The notes under the pieces: model-generated | Seen by the model: the letters and a program-made list of their open reading frames with translations, nothing else | What the model was told of the DNA's origin: nothing | Database searches by the model: none | Made by a program: the position numbers and the translations under genes | Assembly: GCF_964213995.1 (NCBI RefSeq) | Contig: NC_135823.1 | Coordinates: 992,001-1,056,000 of the forward strand | DNA: 64,000 nt | Direction: 5' to 3' | DNA from: Mustelus asterias | Lineage: Eukaryota | Shown: positions 63,695-64,000 of the stretch, piece after piece | Layout of the letters: each line of letters begins with the position of its first letter | Position numbering within the stretch: position 1 is the stretch's first letter

Positions 63695-64000
63695 TAGAAA
63701 CATAGAAACATAGAAAACTACAGCAGAAAACAGGCCCTTCGGCCCCACAAGTTGTGCCGAACATATCCCTACCTTTTAGGCCTCCCAATAACCCTCCATC
63801 CTATTAAGTCCCATGTCCTCATCCAGGAGTCTCTTAAAATACCCTATTGAGTTCTAGGGAATAGAAATGACCCTGGTAATTATAGGTCGGTTAGTCTTAC
63901 TTCGGTGGTTGGTAAATTGATGGAAAAGGTCCTTAGGGATGGGATTTACGACCATTTAGGAAGATGCGGATTAATCCGGGATAGTCAGCACAGATTCGTG
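63695..64000. mobile_element. Abutting CR1 pieces: 3' end on minus (63695-63853) and RT segment on plus (63855-64000)
   Basis: (CATAGAAA)n tail with CR1 hairpin; the plus piece matches about 15709-15852. Confidence 0.8.

Overview
Repeat-rich vertebrate genomic DNA, almost certainly from a cartilaginous fish (inferred from HE1-type V-SINEs, a SacSINE1/DeuSINE-type SINE and shark-type CR1 LINEs). Two systems stand out. (1) A cluster of decayed immunoglobulin-superfamily receptor genes that the ORF track does not reveal. Two head-to-head paralogous 7-exon genes (A: minus, 332-12040; B: plus, 23847-49565) have the structure leader / germline-joined VJ / C1 / TM / three cytoplasmic exons ending in a YASL or YATL tyrosine motif, i.e. 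non-rearranging antigen-receptor-like VJ-C1 receptors. Fragments of two more divergent receptor genes follow (C: plus, leader+V at 52240-52830; D: minus, TM+tail at 57715-61091, with an Arg in the TM). (2) Two nested endogenous retroviruses in the last intron of gene B. The older one is internally deleted, has a tRNA-Phe-like PBS and a gamma-type env (29440-46635). A very young, near-intact tRNA-Pro-primed provirus (34476-44049; 607-bp LTRs differing at one site by eye; 4-bp TSD) is inserted into its integrase remnant. The young provirus pairs a class-I-like gag-pol (UGA read-through junction, two CCHC knuckles) with an env that is not gamma-type and instead has paramyxovirus-F-like architecture. 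The rest is CR1 and other LINE copies, SINEs, a Penelope-type fold-back element, microsatellites and a 135-N gap. All alignments and translations were done by eye; no database searches were run.
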